Of a DNA stretch of 64,000 nt, positions 49,287-62,144 are shown one piece after another; the stretch's first letter is position 1, and each line of letters begins with the position of its first letter. The translations under genes and the position numbers were made by a program. This DNA comes from Sarea resinae (taxonomy: Eukaryota), in the NCBI GenBank assembly GCA_026026165.1, contig JAPEUD010000024.1, forward strand, positions 124,001 through 188,000. The letters run 5' to 3'. The notes under the pieces were generated by a model. It was not told where the DNA came from. It searched no databases and saw nothing but the letters and a program-made list of their open reading frames with translations.

Positions 49287-51268
49287 ATGAATCCAACTTA
49301 TTGTACAGGTCCGGCCTGTGCTCTCTGCCAAGTCAGTTTTGAAGAAGGTGATATAGTAATTGCAGGTTTGTCGTCCTTTCTGATCTTCTCGGGGATCGTC
49401 GCGAATCTTATTCCTCGGCAGCTACGGAGACTGGCTGGACAGAAGACATCCCCTATCCTCCGTTGTCGCATAGCTCAGCGCGGCTCGGTCACTCTGTCGT
49501 TTTGCATCGTTGCCGAATCTTCTTCGGCCAGAACTTGTCCGTCGATCCAAATAGCGAGGCCCGAAGCTACCATAACTTGTGCCTCGATGCGCTTATCAAC
49601 AAAGATTTTATTGCGTCCTCCTGCCGCGCCAACGTCTTATCTTATTGCCCTTCGCTCGCCACTCAGCGCGAAAGAAAGAGATATTATATGGAGAGGCTAG
49701 CCGATCTTCTGCAAGGGCCGCCTTTGGGCTTTCCGTTGCCGTCGGACCTGCAGCTGCCCGCAGAGCTACGGCTCATGATTGCGGAATATTTCTGGAGTTA
49801 TTACGCTGCTATGTACTGGGGTACTATCATTGACCGGACGGTAGGAAAGTTCGAAATTGAGCTCGACCTTCGACGCGATATCTATGCGCAGCATATTGAA
49901 TTGGAGAGTAGAGGCTACTTGCATCAGCTCTCCAATGATCCGAAACCGGGTTGTCAGCTTTACTTTAAAGCGCGGTCTTCCTCTATCACCGAGATGGTCT
50001 GGGTGAGAGAAGATCATTTCGGCATAAGAAGTCTTAGATTTGGGTCTAGGGACGGCGGGGGAGTCCGTGAAGAGACTAGACTCGAAAAAGATCAATGGTG
50101 GAGATTCGTGGAGCGTGAGGAACTGGGGCTAATCAGCACCTTTAGGGTCATATCAGATGTATGTACTTCCCCACTCATACCCTCGGTCATGTCTAAAGGT
50201 CTTTTTAGGGGATGAAATTGCGAGATGTTATTGTTCCCTCGGAAAGACGCAGTGCATCTCTCCTGTGGAGTAGACGACTTATAGGACAAAAACGACTGAT
50301 GCACATCAGCTCGTTCGAGCCATGCGATGAGTGGCTTCACAAGAAGCTCAGAATGTTATCCTTGGATATAGACTGTCCCAGACTAGTGGGAGTTTCAATC
50401 GGCTACTCGATAGTGACCTGTGAAATTGTGATGATGCTTTCACACTTCGCAGAAAGAGAGAACAAGTCGAATGACTACAAAGACGTTGAGGATCAATACC
50501 GTGCACGCCTTGTTTGGATATATTTTCCTTTAGAACTTGAAGAACGGATAAACCAGATATCAAGCCGCTTACCTCTTGAACCCTTTGACCGCAGCCTCAT
50601 TGTAAGTGTCTAGATTCGTCCTATCATTCTTGACTAATGGGGGCCAATAGTTTAGCACGACGAAGGGAAGGAGCTGTCTTTTCGGACGGTATGTAGAAAG
50701 CCGGACTTCACACTACGACCTCGGCGAGGCTTTCTCAATTGGTGATATTCAATCTCCCATATACTTCAATGACTGGGATTCTGAACTAGTTGGGCAAGTC
50801 AGATACATCGCTTTGGATGGTTCCGCAGCAGTCCCTATCCCCCTTCGAAGTCTCCCCGGGCTCCAAGTTCCTGTGTCACCCCATCCGTCAGATTATCCTG
50901 ACATCGTGTGGTTCTATTCTGTCGCTTGCCTTACAGATGTCACGGAAATGGTTTTATGTCGAGATCTTTCAGTTCCTCATAAGCCGTACACTGGGCTGTT
51001 GTTTGGCTACGCAGATGGACATCGCGAGCGCGTTGGAATGTTTCGTTCGGATTGGGCATGTGAGTCCATCCGTCTGCAAAGGACGCTAGAGAACATACTT
51101 TTCTATATGTGTAGATGCAACGTCAATACGGACGAAGAGTATGTCCACGACATTCGGCTCGGGCTGGCCATGGGAATTGAAGAGAACGATGACGGTCGAT
51201 GGGTCAAACCTCGGGATCCGAAGCAGATAGAATGGTGGTATACTTTGACCAATAACAAGATCGCATGA
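49287..51268 (+). CDS. Uncharacterised fungal protein with F-box-like motif; ~4 exons (49287-~49346, ~49421-50158, ~50210-50600, ~50651-51268)
   Basis: Consecutive ORFs joined by GT..AG introns. N-terminal CALC; LPAELRLMIAEY; C-terminal GLLFGYADGHRERVG. Confidence 0.6.
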
Positions 51269-51796
51269 TCGCCCATCCCAGATTCAATGGTGGATCAGCT
51301 TGACGGCTTGTCCAGCCATTCAATACTTTCGTTTAGGTCAATTGTGATCAGTTCTTGGATGACCGTTGGGCGTGGGAATCAAAATAGGGGTTCATCCACA
51401 ATTTGGTTTATTAGCAATTCAGTGCATTCCTTTTGCTCTAAGGAATCAGACATGTGCCATCGCTCACAACTCCATGACAGAGCCATAGTAAGGGATCTAC
51501 TGTTGACTGTCGCGCGATGCCTGCATTTGGACGTGAAACTTTACCCCGAAACCCCAGTTCGGCAGTCCTAACGCAGGCGGGATCGGTAGCGGCTATCTCC
51601 GCAACCTCATCGCGCATGCGGCAATCATCATCACAACGTAAACTTCCAATTACCGATTCTTCCTACTCTCCAATCTCCACTCCAACTTTCATAAGGTAGC
51701 CATTCGCAGCAGCGCAGCTCATTGACAGCGAGCTCAATCATATCATCTCCGCAATCTGTCGCCCAGTAATTCAGCTTCCGACATTGACCATCCATC

Positions 51797-52455
51797 ATGG
51801 CCGCTGCAAGAGCTCCTATGTCGCGCCTGGCTTCGAGGCTCTCGCCTCGTGCGCCTCCCATGGTCACATCGACGGCGCGTAGAGCTTTCCAGACGTCGAG
51901 CCGGATGATGGAGGCAGGCTCCACTCCTCTGCCAGTCAGAAAGCCAGTCGGTGCTTTTCGGGGAGGGTGAGTGTTTGTTTTCCCTACGCGCTTGGAATCG
52001 TGGATAGGTACCTGTTCAGGTAGTGAGGGTATTTTGAAAAGAGGCTGGGGGTGGAAGGTCGTGCGATATGGTGTCACCTGCTTGCGAACTCGTTGCTTTC
52101 TCGATCTGGGGTCTTTAATGAGAATGCGGGATGCTAATAACCGGGTGGGGAATCTTAGGATCTTCGGCTTCCTACTTGGCTCGACGCTCTCTGGCGCTGG
52201 TGTCTACTACTACATTCTTGAGGAATACAAGGTCTCGAATGAGCTTCTAATGGAGGATGTCTTTGTACGTTTACTCTCCACTCAGCCACACTCCCTAGAC
52301 CCTTATATTCTTTTTTTGGTTCTTGTCGCGAAGGAACACAGAAGAGCTAACATGTAGCTCGAAACTCATAGGCTCTGCAATCGGCCGTCCAGCGCATAGA
52401 AGGATACGTCCGTGGTCTTGAGGAGCAGCTGAATGCCTTGGAGAAGAAAAAATGA
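51797..52455 (+). CDS. Small (~115 aa) probable mitochondrial single-pass membrane protein, 3 exons
   Basis: Arg/Ser/Ala-rich presequence-like MAAARAPMSRLASRLSPR...RRAFQTSS, then RKPVGAFRGG|IFGFLLGSTLSGAGVYYYILEEYKVSNELL|ALQSAVQRIE...LEKKK*. Introns GTGAGT...CTAAT...TAG and GTACGT...CTAAC...TAG. Confidence 0.8.
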
Positions 52456-53398
52456 AACACGAGATCGGGCCACAAGTAATCGGGTGCTCCAGTGTGGGTG
52501 GGCGGATGGATGGTTAGCCAACGGAACTACCAGCGGAACGGCCAGACAGTCCAATATTGAAGGAGAGTCGCTCGTGGAGGAGTGACAGTATATTGCTCAT
52601 AACAGTCTGTCTACGTGGATATTATCTGATGGCACCGAAAATAGTTTTCCTAGCTTGCTGTCGCTGCCTTTTTGCTAGCTTCTTCTTTGTACAGATTACT
52701 TCTGCTCGTGTTGGCAAAAGTTTCCCCTAAGCTACATTGTTTGTGGCTGTGACGCGAGTGCCTTGACTCCTTCCGAAATCTTACCCTGATGACTTCGTAT
52801 GTGTAGGTATTGGAGATCGATAGGCGTTCAATAGCAAAGCAGCACTCTTGGAGCACACTAAATTGGTGGTGTCCGGCTGCTAATCATATTCAGTTGTAGG
52901 TATGGTCCATGCTTTTCCCGGTCCTCTTGATATATATCGTGTACAATATGTTTTATAGTATTAGTATTTCCATCGAATAAGTTTGCGTTTAGATACGAGA
53001 ATGTATCTAACGTGTTCTATATCATAGCGACGATTTCACCTGATAATGTGCGCCCTCATGAATTTCACGCTTACTGAGTTGAGCACCTCAATTACTCTCA
53101 ACCAAGTCCTGGGATTTGATATAGCATTGTTTTCATGATCCAAAGATACCGTAGAGCGCGCAAAACATTCGCGAGCTTGAGCTTGAGCCTGAGCTTGAGC
53201 TTGGCCTCGGCTCGGGGGCTTCTCGGCGCGCGATGAGTGCTCGCGTCTGCGACCCTTGAACCATTTAAACTCATCATCCGCGCGCCTAAATAAATCACCA
53301 CCAGAATCATTACCGTCATAGTGCATCCATCCTCTCAACTCACCACCATAATCACACCCTGCGCCCAATTCGGGCTGAAAGACCAAGTGCCTAGAAAT

Positions 53399-54427
53399 AT
53401 GCCTCTTGTCGAATTGCTCCCGGCCAGCAGCACAACCGCGGCGCCCGGCTGGGCCTACGTCGCCTCCGGTCTTCTCCCCGACTCCTCTCAAGCCGCTGCC
53501 AACGATGCCGCTGCCGGCACTACTGGGGCAGCAACAGCAAATTCCGGCAAGAGGCCTGTGCGGAGGACACAAGCATCCGGTGGAGGGCTGAAAGGGCCCA
53601 GAGGCAGGGAAACGAGCGCCCGACAGGATGCGGCGATCTTGAAGCGCATTGCAGAGCTGGAACGGGAGAACGCGAGGGATGTCGCTATTCCTGTGCCTGT
53701 GAGGGCGAGAGATGGGCTGGGCAGGGGTGCGTGACTTTCACCCCATCTGCCCTTTTTTGTCACGATGAACCATGGAAACTGACTCCCGTCTCGTGGCCTT
53801 GTAGTGTCAAAGGGGAAAGGCGTCACGACCGCAGTGCGCAAGATCCTGAGTTCGCAAAAGACGTTCGCGAACCATCTCGCGGACGAAGAAGCCCTGCTAG
53901 CTCAGCACGCATCCACCAACACTGCCGCCGCTAACACCAACACCAACACCAACACTGCTGCTGTCGCAGCCACGACGGACACCACCTCCAAACCTACGGC
54001 CAAACAGTCCAAAACGGCCGCCGCTCGCAACAAACGCGCCTCTACGACCGGCTCGACGCCCGCACCTACGCCTGCACCTGTGCCACCACCGCAGAAACCC
54101 GCAACGCCCATTACGCCCGCCTCCCTCGACGCCACCAATCCGCTCCTCCGCAGTCATCTCCCTACGCCTCCCTCGCCTGCCACGCTGAATACGCTGCTCC
54201 CGGCACCACCCCTCTCGTACGGGGCAGCTCGAGTCGCGCCACCTGCGCTATCCCTGCCTGTGGATGCGGAAGGGGGTGGTGGGAGGATGGGAGTGCCGAC
54301 AAGGAAGTTTTGCGAGATCTGTGGGTATTGGGGCCGTGTGAGGTGTATGCGGTGTGGGGTTCGGGTGTGTGGGAAGGATTGTCTGGAGACGCATGGGGAG
54401 GGGAAGTGTTTGAGATTTTATGCTTAG
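53399..54427 (+). CDS. VPS71: SWR1 complex HIT zinc-finger subunit Vps71/Swc6; intron ~53728-53804
   Basis: PGWAYV, KRIAELEREN, VRKILSSQKTFANHLADEE, C-terminal CEICGYWGRVRCMRCGVRVCGKDCLETHGEGKC. Confidence 0.88.
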
Positions 54428-54749
54428 GGTGGGACGGGAATTATTCGTCTTTGGTTGCTGCCTGCGTAAATTGGCTGGGCTTTGTTGGTTGATGAGCGCG
54501 TTAGTAGCATCCTTGGTTGGCGTTGCATGCTTTGGGATGGGTAGGGCTGGATGGGGTGCAGGGATTGAATTTGGAGGCCGAGAAAAGCCTTTCGCTGCTA
54601 CAGTTCAGGACAGGTGTCATCACTCACTAATGAGGGTTCGGGTCTAAATAATGGGGGTCTTTTACTTCGATTCTGTTTCTTATCGTACAGCTAAAGCTAG
54701 CCATGAATGAACTCCATTCACGCCAGCCGCACGATATCAACCCCCACCA

Positions 54750-55882
54750 TCATCCCCAAAGCTGCCCCTCCACCATGGCATTGTACCTCCCTCCACTCAT
54801 TGGGATCGTCTCCACGATCTTCGCCAGCTCGTCCGCTTCTTCGCTCGTGAGCGGCACGAGCGTCGTGTTCTCCGTCACGCGATCGACGCGCGTGGCCCCC
54901 GGAATGGGATAGATGATGGGTAGACCTTTGGTGTTCGTGTTGACGTCAGCGGAGTGGTGCTTCACCCACGCGAGGGCGAGCTGCGGGATCGAGACGCCCT
55001 TTTTGGAGGCGATTTTCTGGACGGCCTTGGGGAGTTCGATGTTTTTGTCGAAATTCTAAGAGAAGTTAACGATCCGATTTTTGGATGAAGAACCAAAAAA
55101 GGACAGGTTAGGTCACCTCGGGCTGGAATCGGTCAAGCCAATGCCTGATATCGCCCTCGGGTATGTCTTTGACAGACTCGAGTTGGCCGGTCAACAACCC
55201 GCGCCCCAGCGGCGAGTAAGCCAGGATGGGGATGTTGTGCTTCGCGCATGCGGCCGCGACGCCATTCGTCAGGATATCCGGCGTCGAGAGACTGAATTCG
55301 ACCTCGACATCCGCAATGGGGTGAATCTTGACGGCCTTCTCGATCGTGGCGGCCGACACCTCGGAGAGCCCGATCGCGCCAATTTTGCCCTCATTGACGC
55401 ATTCCGCGAGCGTCTCGACCATGCTCTCGATCCCGACGGCTTTGTCGACCCGAGCGGGGGAGAAGATGTCGATCTTCTTCACAGACCCGAGGAGCCGGAT
55501 GGAGTTGTCTACGCTGGCGCGGAGATCGGCAGGCGAGCCTTTCGGCTCGAGACTTTTGATATCTGCGCCGCCTTTGACGCAAAGGACGACTTTGTCCGCG
55601 GCCGACGGATGGGCCGTGAAGTAGCGGTTGAGAAGTTGGAGGCCCAATGTTGGGTCGGTGCTGCCGTAGAATTCGGCTTTTGGTCATGAGTTGGTTGGGC
55701 TCTGAGATCGAGGATGGAAGAGGGGGGGTGGTCATACCTGTTGACCAGAATGTGGCACCCCGGGCAAGAGCTTCGTTCATGGCGGCGAAAGCCTGCTCGT
55801 CTGGCGTTTGTGTCGGGCGCCAGGTCATGCCCATGAGACCGTAACCGATGGGACCGACCTTTTTGCCAGTGACAGTGGCCAT
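54750..55882 (-). CDS. Aldo-keto reductase, pyridoxal reductase-like; introns 55737-55677 and 55116-55056
   Basis: [67 protein letters not shown]. Confidence 0.85.
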
Positions 55883-57447
55883 TGCGGTGTCTCTGAAAAA
55901 AAAATGATCGAACGGCTTATTGAAATGGTGGGATGTTGGACGGAGATGTGCAGCCTGAGCAGTTGCAAAAGACAGGGGGGAATTTAAGAGGATGTGTCAG
56001 GTCCCGTCTACGAGATGCTACTGTAGGACAGAGTTCAACCTGCTTTATAGACGGCGGTGTTAGACACAGTTGGCACGAAGGTGCTGAGAAATAACTCTGC
56101 CCACTTCGATCTGAGTCGGTAATGTGGGTGGGCTCGGGTTTAGAGGATGGAAGGAGGAAGAGCGTTCTCTCCGTGAGTCTGCGACAACCAGACAACAGCA
56201 AAGAACGACAGAATAGCGAAGATGGCGCACTCACGCGGAATCAGGAGTCTGGAGCTCAAATAAATCTGCGGTCAATGGCAGGGTAGGATCAGAATCGGCG
56301 GAGGAAAAGAAGACCAAGAACCTGACCTCCGCTTGACGTTCCGCTGCGGGCGCCCCGCCAGCGGAAGTACTCCGGAGCAAGGTCGTCGGAGGTAGGTCGT
56401 GACGTGATAAGCGGCAGAAGTCCGATCTTATCTCCGTGCCCTTCTTCTACTGCGGAGTAACGTACCTGGGAGTACCTGCATCCACTCGACGCCTCGTCGA
56501 CCACACCTCTGCTGTCCGCTCGTTCTCCTCTGGCCGTGAAGGTCTCACGTCTCATTCCCACTACAAGGCCAGTACTATAGCACTGCCTTTTGAAAGGGGC
56601 GGCCATGGTGGAAAACCGCTGCCTGCGTTGGGCTATGTACGGGGATATCTTCTTCTCGTTTCGTTCATCTACGACCCCAGTCATGTTCCCTTTTGCCCAA
56701 AGCCCTAGATCGGGCCGGCAATTGCAGCAGATGACAAGTTGGGCTCTACGAGCTGGAAGAAATTGATGAGAGTGAACCTGCGAGACATCATACGCAATGA
56801 CTGCTCATTGCGGCACTACATCCCCTCGGACGCTGCTTGGGGGGTGGACTCTTCCCTTGCGTGTCGAGGAACCGCACCGAGTAAGGACGTCGCAGAAGCC
56901 AGCCTACTATCCCCGTGGCAGACATCTCTGGTGGTCCCTCTGATCGTTAATAGCAAAGCCTCATTCATTCTATTCTCCTGGCTGTTCTGTAGATGGAGAA
57001 AGAAGAAATACACTGAAAGACCCTCTTGCAGGTGAACTAACGTACATGACCACCTCATCCTTCCATTTGATTCTTTTTGGCGTTTTTGCTCATCTCGCGT
57101 CCTCCGCCGTGCTGCTCTCTGAAGCTGCCGACCTGGAAATATCGGGGCATGACGGGCGCAGCGTCTTGGTTGTGTTGGGCCTTCGTTCCTGCCACCTCAT
57201 ATCCAGCACATTTTCCGCTCCTGTCTCTTTTGGACAATTAGAGTGATCTTGATGTATCCGTTTGTCATCACCGTTCATCACCAGTCCTGCCTGCCTCGCC
57301 CAATTAGGAAATCATTTTCCAGCATCCCGTAGCAACTACTGATTTATCATCTCTCGTCGTTCGTTTTCTCCAGCTTTTCATCGGCCACTTTCTTCTCGAT
57401 CTTTCAACCAACCACGGTCCTTTCTGGCCACCAGGCTCTCGACGCCA

Positions 57448-60400
57448 ATGCCTCTGTCAGACATTCCTTTAAATCAGGTTGGTCATGCTGCCGCTCGTGA
57501 ATCCAGCAGTACCTCTCAAGATGGGCCGGCGGAGGACTCAAAATCCTCGGTGACTTCGATCGGCCAAGAAAATGCCGCCTCAGCTATGCACGGAATCCAC
57601 AGCATGTTGAAGACGACGACAGAGCTTGGCGGTATCGATCTTCAGGCATTCCAACCATCGCGGTACTCTCAATTTGGATCGTCTGCCTCAACCCAGCGAT
57701 ATCGTGGCGGTCCTCAGGCTCCAAGAAGCCCATTGACTCCAGTCAAGCCCCCCTCCGGCCGAAGATCACACCGAAGTGATCCGAATTTGTCTACGTTCGA
57801 CCTTCGCACAACGCCACGGAATTATACCACACCGAAGAACGGCGGCAGCCAGATACCTCCAACACCTTCTTTTGAACGTTACGATCAGGGGCCGAGGGCT
57901 CATTCGATGACGCAGAGGCATCATCCTCCATATATGCTACCAACTTACCGGTCGACAGCGAGCCTCAGGACACCTCACAATCATTTGATCCATGACCGAC
58001 CTCGCTCTCCTTATGCGTATCCAACTAGACTCCGGCGCCCAGGCTCTCGTCCTTCATCTCCCTCATTCAGTGACCCGTCTGGCCCTACTTATCGACCTCC
58101 AATTGTGATTGATCGCAGGCCTTCATATAGGGTTCCATCGCCGTCCTCCCATTACCAGCCGCCGTCTTCTCATTTCCGTCGAGTACCCTCTGCTGGATCG
58201 TACCGGTCTGACTCCAATAATTCCGCTCAATTCTTCGATAATGTTCTACCTTTCATTGTCTATGGCGAGGAAGACCGCAATTCCCCGTATCCTGCCGGAT
58301 TATCTCCCCAGTCGTCGCAACGTATTCCTGCAGACTACACTACTCGTTCTTCTGAGATCGGAGAAGTCTCATTGACAGATAGTGCGCATGTACATCCCCT
58401 TAGTCCGAGACTTGGGGCAGCAATTTCGGAGTGTCCAGCTCCACTATTCTACGACTACACGGAGCATTTTGATAGCATCCCCTACTTTTACGATGATGAA
58501 GGCGCACTAGACTTACCTTTCCTTCCAGCTGGCGAGACAATCCATGAGGATGGGCTTACAAGGAACAATTTCAACGACAGTCCTACAAATGAAGACTTTC
58601 ATGATGCTCTTCAAAGCCCTGCAACGGACATCGCTAATGTACCCCATGCCGCAAACCTGGTCCGTACATTTGATAGAGAGACTCACGAAGAACCAATCTT
58701 GGCGCCCTTACCTTTGAGCCCAAGGAACCGCGGGACAGGCCACACAATTGCACCTCCAATAAGGGACTTGTCCTCACAGCAAAGTGCATTCACTGAGAGA
58801 GCTAACGGATGGGTGATGGTCGAAGCCTTATCGCACATAGCACCGGCCGCTCAAGAGAAAGTTCCAAATCAGACATCTTCCCCCGTAGAAGCTTCCACCA
58901 AGAAGGCTTTCTCTGAAAAAGCTATCTCTGAAAACGCTTCCTCCAAGGAAGCTTTCCTCGAAAAAAAGTGTCCGCTTAAAGAGGATGTTGTTGTTAAGGG
59001 CGAGGAGCTAGAATGCCACGAGGTTGCAGCTCATCAATCTGCTCAACGTCCCCGTTCACAAGGCTGGGTAATCCCTTCTTTCAACTTCAGCAAGTTAAAT
59101 CTTTCTGATAAGATGGATGGCGATTTTGAAATGAGGCCTAGTGTTTCTGACGGGGTGCTTGATGGCTGTCCTGAAGCTAACATTGGATCCAACCTGGGAA
59201 GATCTCTATCGTCGCAGAGCCATTGGAAAATCGCGAGTAGTCCGTTGCCGCGTAAGAAGCTTCAGCCTAGGAAAGTCAAGGCTTTGTCGGCACCTAATGC
59301 TGTTCGAAGCTCCCACTCTCGGGACGGCTCTCGTGGCGAGTCCATCAGTGGGCATAAGGAAGTGGTCAAAATCACACCGGACAAAATCCCTGTCTTGGAT
59401 CATGACTTAACGACAGAAGCTCAAAGTATCATGACACACAATGATGAGTTTATCACTTCCAGGCCACAGACTGCACCAAGCTCACAGAAACCTGTTTTGA
59501 GAAGTCCGACCCACCGACTCAACCCTTTCTCAAGAAAGAAAATGATGAAACCAGCCAACGTACGAAAATCTGCCCCTTCTGGTGTCCTCTCTCGCATTGA
59601 TTCGGTATCTGGCCAGTCCACGGCAGCAGAAGCGGCATCAGCAACGAGATCTTTGACGTCTTCTAGGTCTTCTGTTCCATCTGCACACGAGAAGTTCGCT
59701 ATACCTCGAAAGCCCAAAGCTTCTGAGCTCCATGGACAGTCATTACTATCACAGTCAAGTACCGCTGGTTCTGCCACATCACCAACAGCCTCAGACGGTG
59801 AGACTCATCGGTCTGATACCTCAGAGTTGGCAGGGTCGAATGGGGGCTCAAGTGATCTCCAAAGCTCCACTGCTGCCGAACTAGAGGTACCCGCTGAACC
59901 AAATGAATGCACAGATGCCAACGATAGTGGAGCGGAGGAAGAAAAGAATAGCTGCAGCTCGCGAGACTTCAAGCTCAAAGCTAGCAATTCCCACGAGTTG
60001 AAGCGCCCAGCTTCCCCTCCAGAATCTCGGCCATGGAATCTTGCCGAAAGCTACCCGTGGGACGACAATGTACCATCTATTGATGTAGGAGTCTCTCCAG
60101 CAGCACCGAATCAGAGAGGCTCGACGGCCAGACCACCAAAGTTCAAGGTGAAAGTACGCAAGTCCATCGCCTCGAACTCAGAGGACAGGGTTGTCGACCC
60201 AAATGCTCCTCGCGTTGGAATTGATGGGCAAGCCACCGAGTCCCAGGTGACTAACATTATCACTGCTGGCCATAATAATGAGAGCCTGCTGGAGCAATTC
60301 TCTCGAAGACTGGGCATACGAAACTCGCAAGATAGCAGTCAAGATACTTCAGACGATACTTCCCGTACCCGTCCTGAAAGTTGTGCTCATGATCCCGGCG

Positions 60401-60846
60401 ATCGTTATCCAACGACAGGCCTCGCCCCACCGCCTTCTATTATCAACTTCGAGGATGTCCGCAGCTTTTTTTCCGACGATAGCTCTCAAGTTGAGATCAA
60501 AGGCAGCCTCAGAAAGCGTCTTACACAGTTCCGACCACGGCTCCCGTCCTCCAGAGCGGCTTCGATGGATGGCAGTAGAGCCGCTGACAAGGCGATGATT
60601 GGCTCGCCTCTGGAAAGATATAATATGGGCGTCAACGCCAGTGCCTATACCTTTGATGGCACGACTGGCATGTCAAATATGGAATACAAGACTCGGAAGA
60701 TGATGGAGAAACTAAAAGGATGGTGGGCGCAGAGTGTCGAGAAGCTGCGGGAGATTGAGGATCGATTGAGGGGAAGGAGTGAGGGCATTCACGATTCGGC
60801 CGATGATGATATGTATCATGAATTTAACAGAATCGGGAGTCACTGA
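57448..60846 (+). CDS. Large Ser/Pro-rich, largely disordered hypothetical protein (1132 aa)
   Basis: Uninterrupted 3.4 kb ORF with short ordered-looking islands (PYAYPTRLRRPG, PLFYDYTEHF, RPWNLAESYPW, PGDRYPTT, RSFFSDDSS, KLKGWW). The true start is uncertain. Confidence 0.8.
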   Translation: MPLSDIPLNQVGHAAARESSSTSQDGPAEDSKSSVTSIGQENAASAMHGIHSMLKTTTELGGIDLQAFQPSRYSQFGSSASTQRYRGGPQAPRSPLTPVKPPSGRRSHRSDPNLSTFDLRTTPRNYTTPKNGGSQIPPTPSFERYDQGPRAHSMTQRHHPPYMLPTYRSTASLRTPHNHLIHDRPRSPYAYPTRLRRPGSRPSSPSFSDPSGPTYRPPIVIDRRPSYRVPSPSSHYQPPSSHFRRVPSAGSYRSDSNNSAQFFDNVLPFIVYGEEDRNSPYPAGLSPQSSQRIPADYTTRSSEIGEVSLTDSAHVHPLSPRLGAAISECPAPLFYDYTEHFDSIPYFYDDEGALDLPFLPAGETIHEDGLTRNNFNDSPTNEDFHDALQSPATDIANVPHAANLVRTFDRETHEEPILAPLPLSPRNRGTGHTIAPPIRDLSSQQSAFTERANGWVMVEALSHIAPAAQEKVPNQTSSPVEASTKKAFSEKAISENASSKEAFLEKKCPLKEDVVVKGEELECHEVAAHQSAQRPRSQGWVIPSFNFSKLNLSDKMDGDFEMRPSVSDGVLDGCPEANIGSNLGRSLSSQSHWKIASSPLPRKKLQPRKVKALSAPNAVRSSHSRDGSRGESISGHKEVVKITPDKIPVLDHDLTTEAQSIMTHNDEFITSRPQTAPSSQKPVLRSPTHRLNPFSRKKMMKPANVRKSAPSGVLSRIDSVSGQSTAAEAASATRSLTSSRSSVPSAHEKFAIPRKPKASELHGQSLLSQSSTAGSATSPTASDGETHRSDTSELAGSNGGSSDLQSSTAAELEVPAEPNECTDANDSGAEEEKNSCSSRDFKLKASNSHELKRPASPPESRPWNLAESYPWDDNVPSIDVGVSPAAPNQRGSTARPPKFKVKVRKSIASNSEDRVVDPNAPRVGIDGQATESQVTNIITAGHNNESLLEQFSRRLGIRNSQDSSQDTSDDTSRTRPESCAHDPGDRYPTTGLAPPPSIINFEDVRSFFSDDSSQVEIKGSLRKRLTQFRPRLPSSRAASMDGSRAADKAMIGSPLERYNMGVNASAYTFDGTTGMSNMEYKTRKMMEKLKGWWAQSVEKLREIEDRLRGRSEGIHDSADDDMYHEFNRIGSH

Positions 60847-61368
60847 TTGTTCGAGAGCACGCTCTTTTCAGCGATGCACTTATCCACCTCTGTTTCATTG
60901 CTTTATATTATCCTTGCTCGTCCGCGGCCTTTTCGGTATCTTTCACGGCGCGAACGGACGGGCTGACCGGCGTCCGCATTGATTAGCTTTGCTTCCCGTT
61001 GCTGCTTCATTTCATCGTTGCTTTGAGAGATGAGGGGAAAGGGTCCATGATCGATGGGCTTCCGGTGTTTCTATATTTACTTTTTTCTCACGGCACCTCT
61101 GGCTTTAGACTTGCTTGCATACCGAGTTGCTGCTGCTCCCTCAGCGCGGGCTTTGAGTAATGAAAATGCTATCATTTGCGCTTTTTTTCAAAAATAAATG
61201 CTTCGAGAGAGAGAGACCGTGTGTGTGTGTCCTCGTCTGCCTGGCTCCATCCATCTCGTCACCAACAGACCCGAATCAATAAGAAGTCCGATGGAATGTC
61301 TACTACGCCTACTAGCCCGTACGTAGCTGGAGGCATGTATATATACGGAAGACAGATACCTCTCTAGT

Positions 61369-61487
61369 ACATACGGCCATAGGTTGTGGAATATAGAGGA
61401 TCCCGTCCGCTCTCCTGTACTCAAACCACAAACCGGCGGATTAGTAGTTGGGTCGGTGACGACCAGCGAATACCCGCTGCTGTATGT
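61369..61487 (+). rRNA. Dispersed 5S rRNA gene, copy B
   Basis: 119 nt with five substitutions relative to copy A. T-run terminator, and TATATATA about 24-31 bp upstream. Confidence 0.97.
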
Positions 61488-61499
61488 TTTTGGGACTTC

Positions 61500-62110
61500 T
61501 TTTGCTTTTTTGGCCTTTTTTGTTAGGCCTGTACTTGACCCGTCTTCTTTGTTATTTTTGTGTGGGGAACGGGGGCCGGGGGGGAGGGGATTATTTCCTT
61601 TCTCTTTCTTTCTTTCTTTCTTGGTTGGACAAACGAAGCGTGTGGTTTTCACATACATACATGCTTGTACGAGTAACAGATCTTCTCGAGGAAATGTCGG
61701 TTCTGATAGGTAGTAGGTAGGTAGGTCGGGCGGGAGATAAGTTTGGTTGGATTGGGTTAAGGTTCGGGGCTGGGGCTGGGGCTGGGTTGCAAAAAGTATT
61801 CTAGAGTAGTCTAATCGATTCGATTCGGTTCTAATTTTGGGTCTTTGTGTCTGTCTATACGTGCTTTTTTTTTTTCTCTCTTCTTCTGCAAGGTGACGGA
61901 CTCTTTTCCTTTTCCTTTCTTTTCGCCCCTGTCCACCCGCCCATGCGTGGGAGAGAGAGAGGGGCAGAGGGAGCGAGAGAGAGCGCGTGGGAGATTGGTA
62001 CAGTAAGTACCCACCCGCTGAAGCCTGACACGTTATCTACTACGTCCGGTGTCGACGTTCAAAGCCATGCAAGCGTGCGTGCGTGCGTGTCTGATACTGG
62101 ACCCTCTCTC

Positions 62111-62144
<34 letters not shown>

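Noticed and set aside
56078..56130. GGTGCTGAGAAATA...GATCTG...TAATG resembling a TPP riboswitch
   Set aside because: It lacks the pairing and the CUGAU-N-GxUAAUxCCxGCG core, is not in an intron of a thiamine gene, and is antisense to the adjacent AKR.
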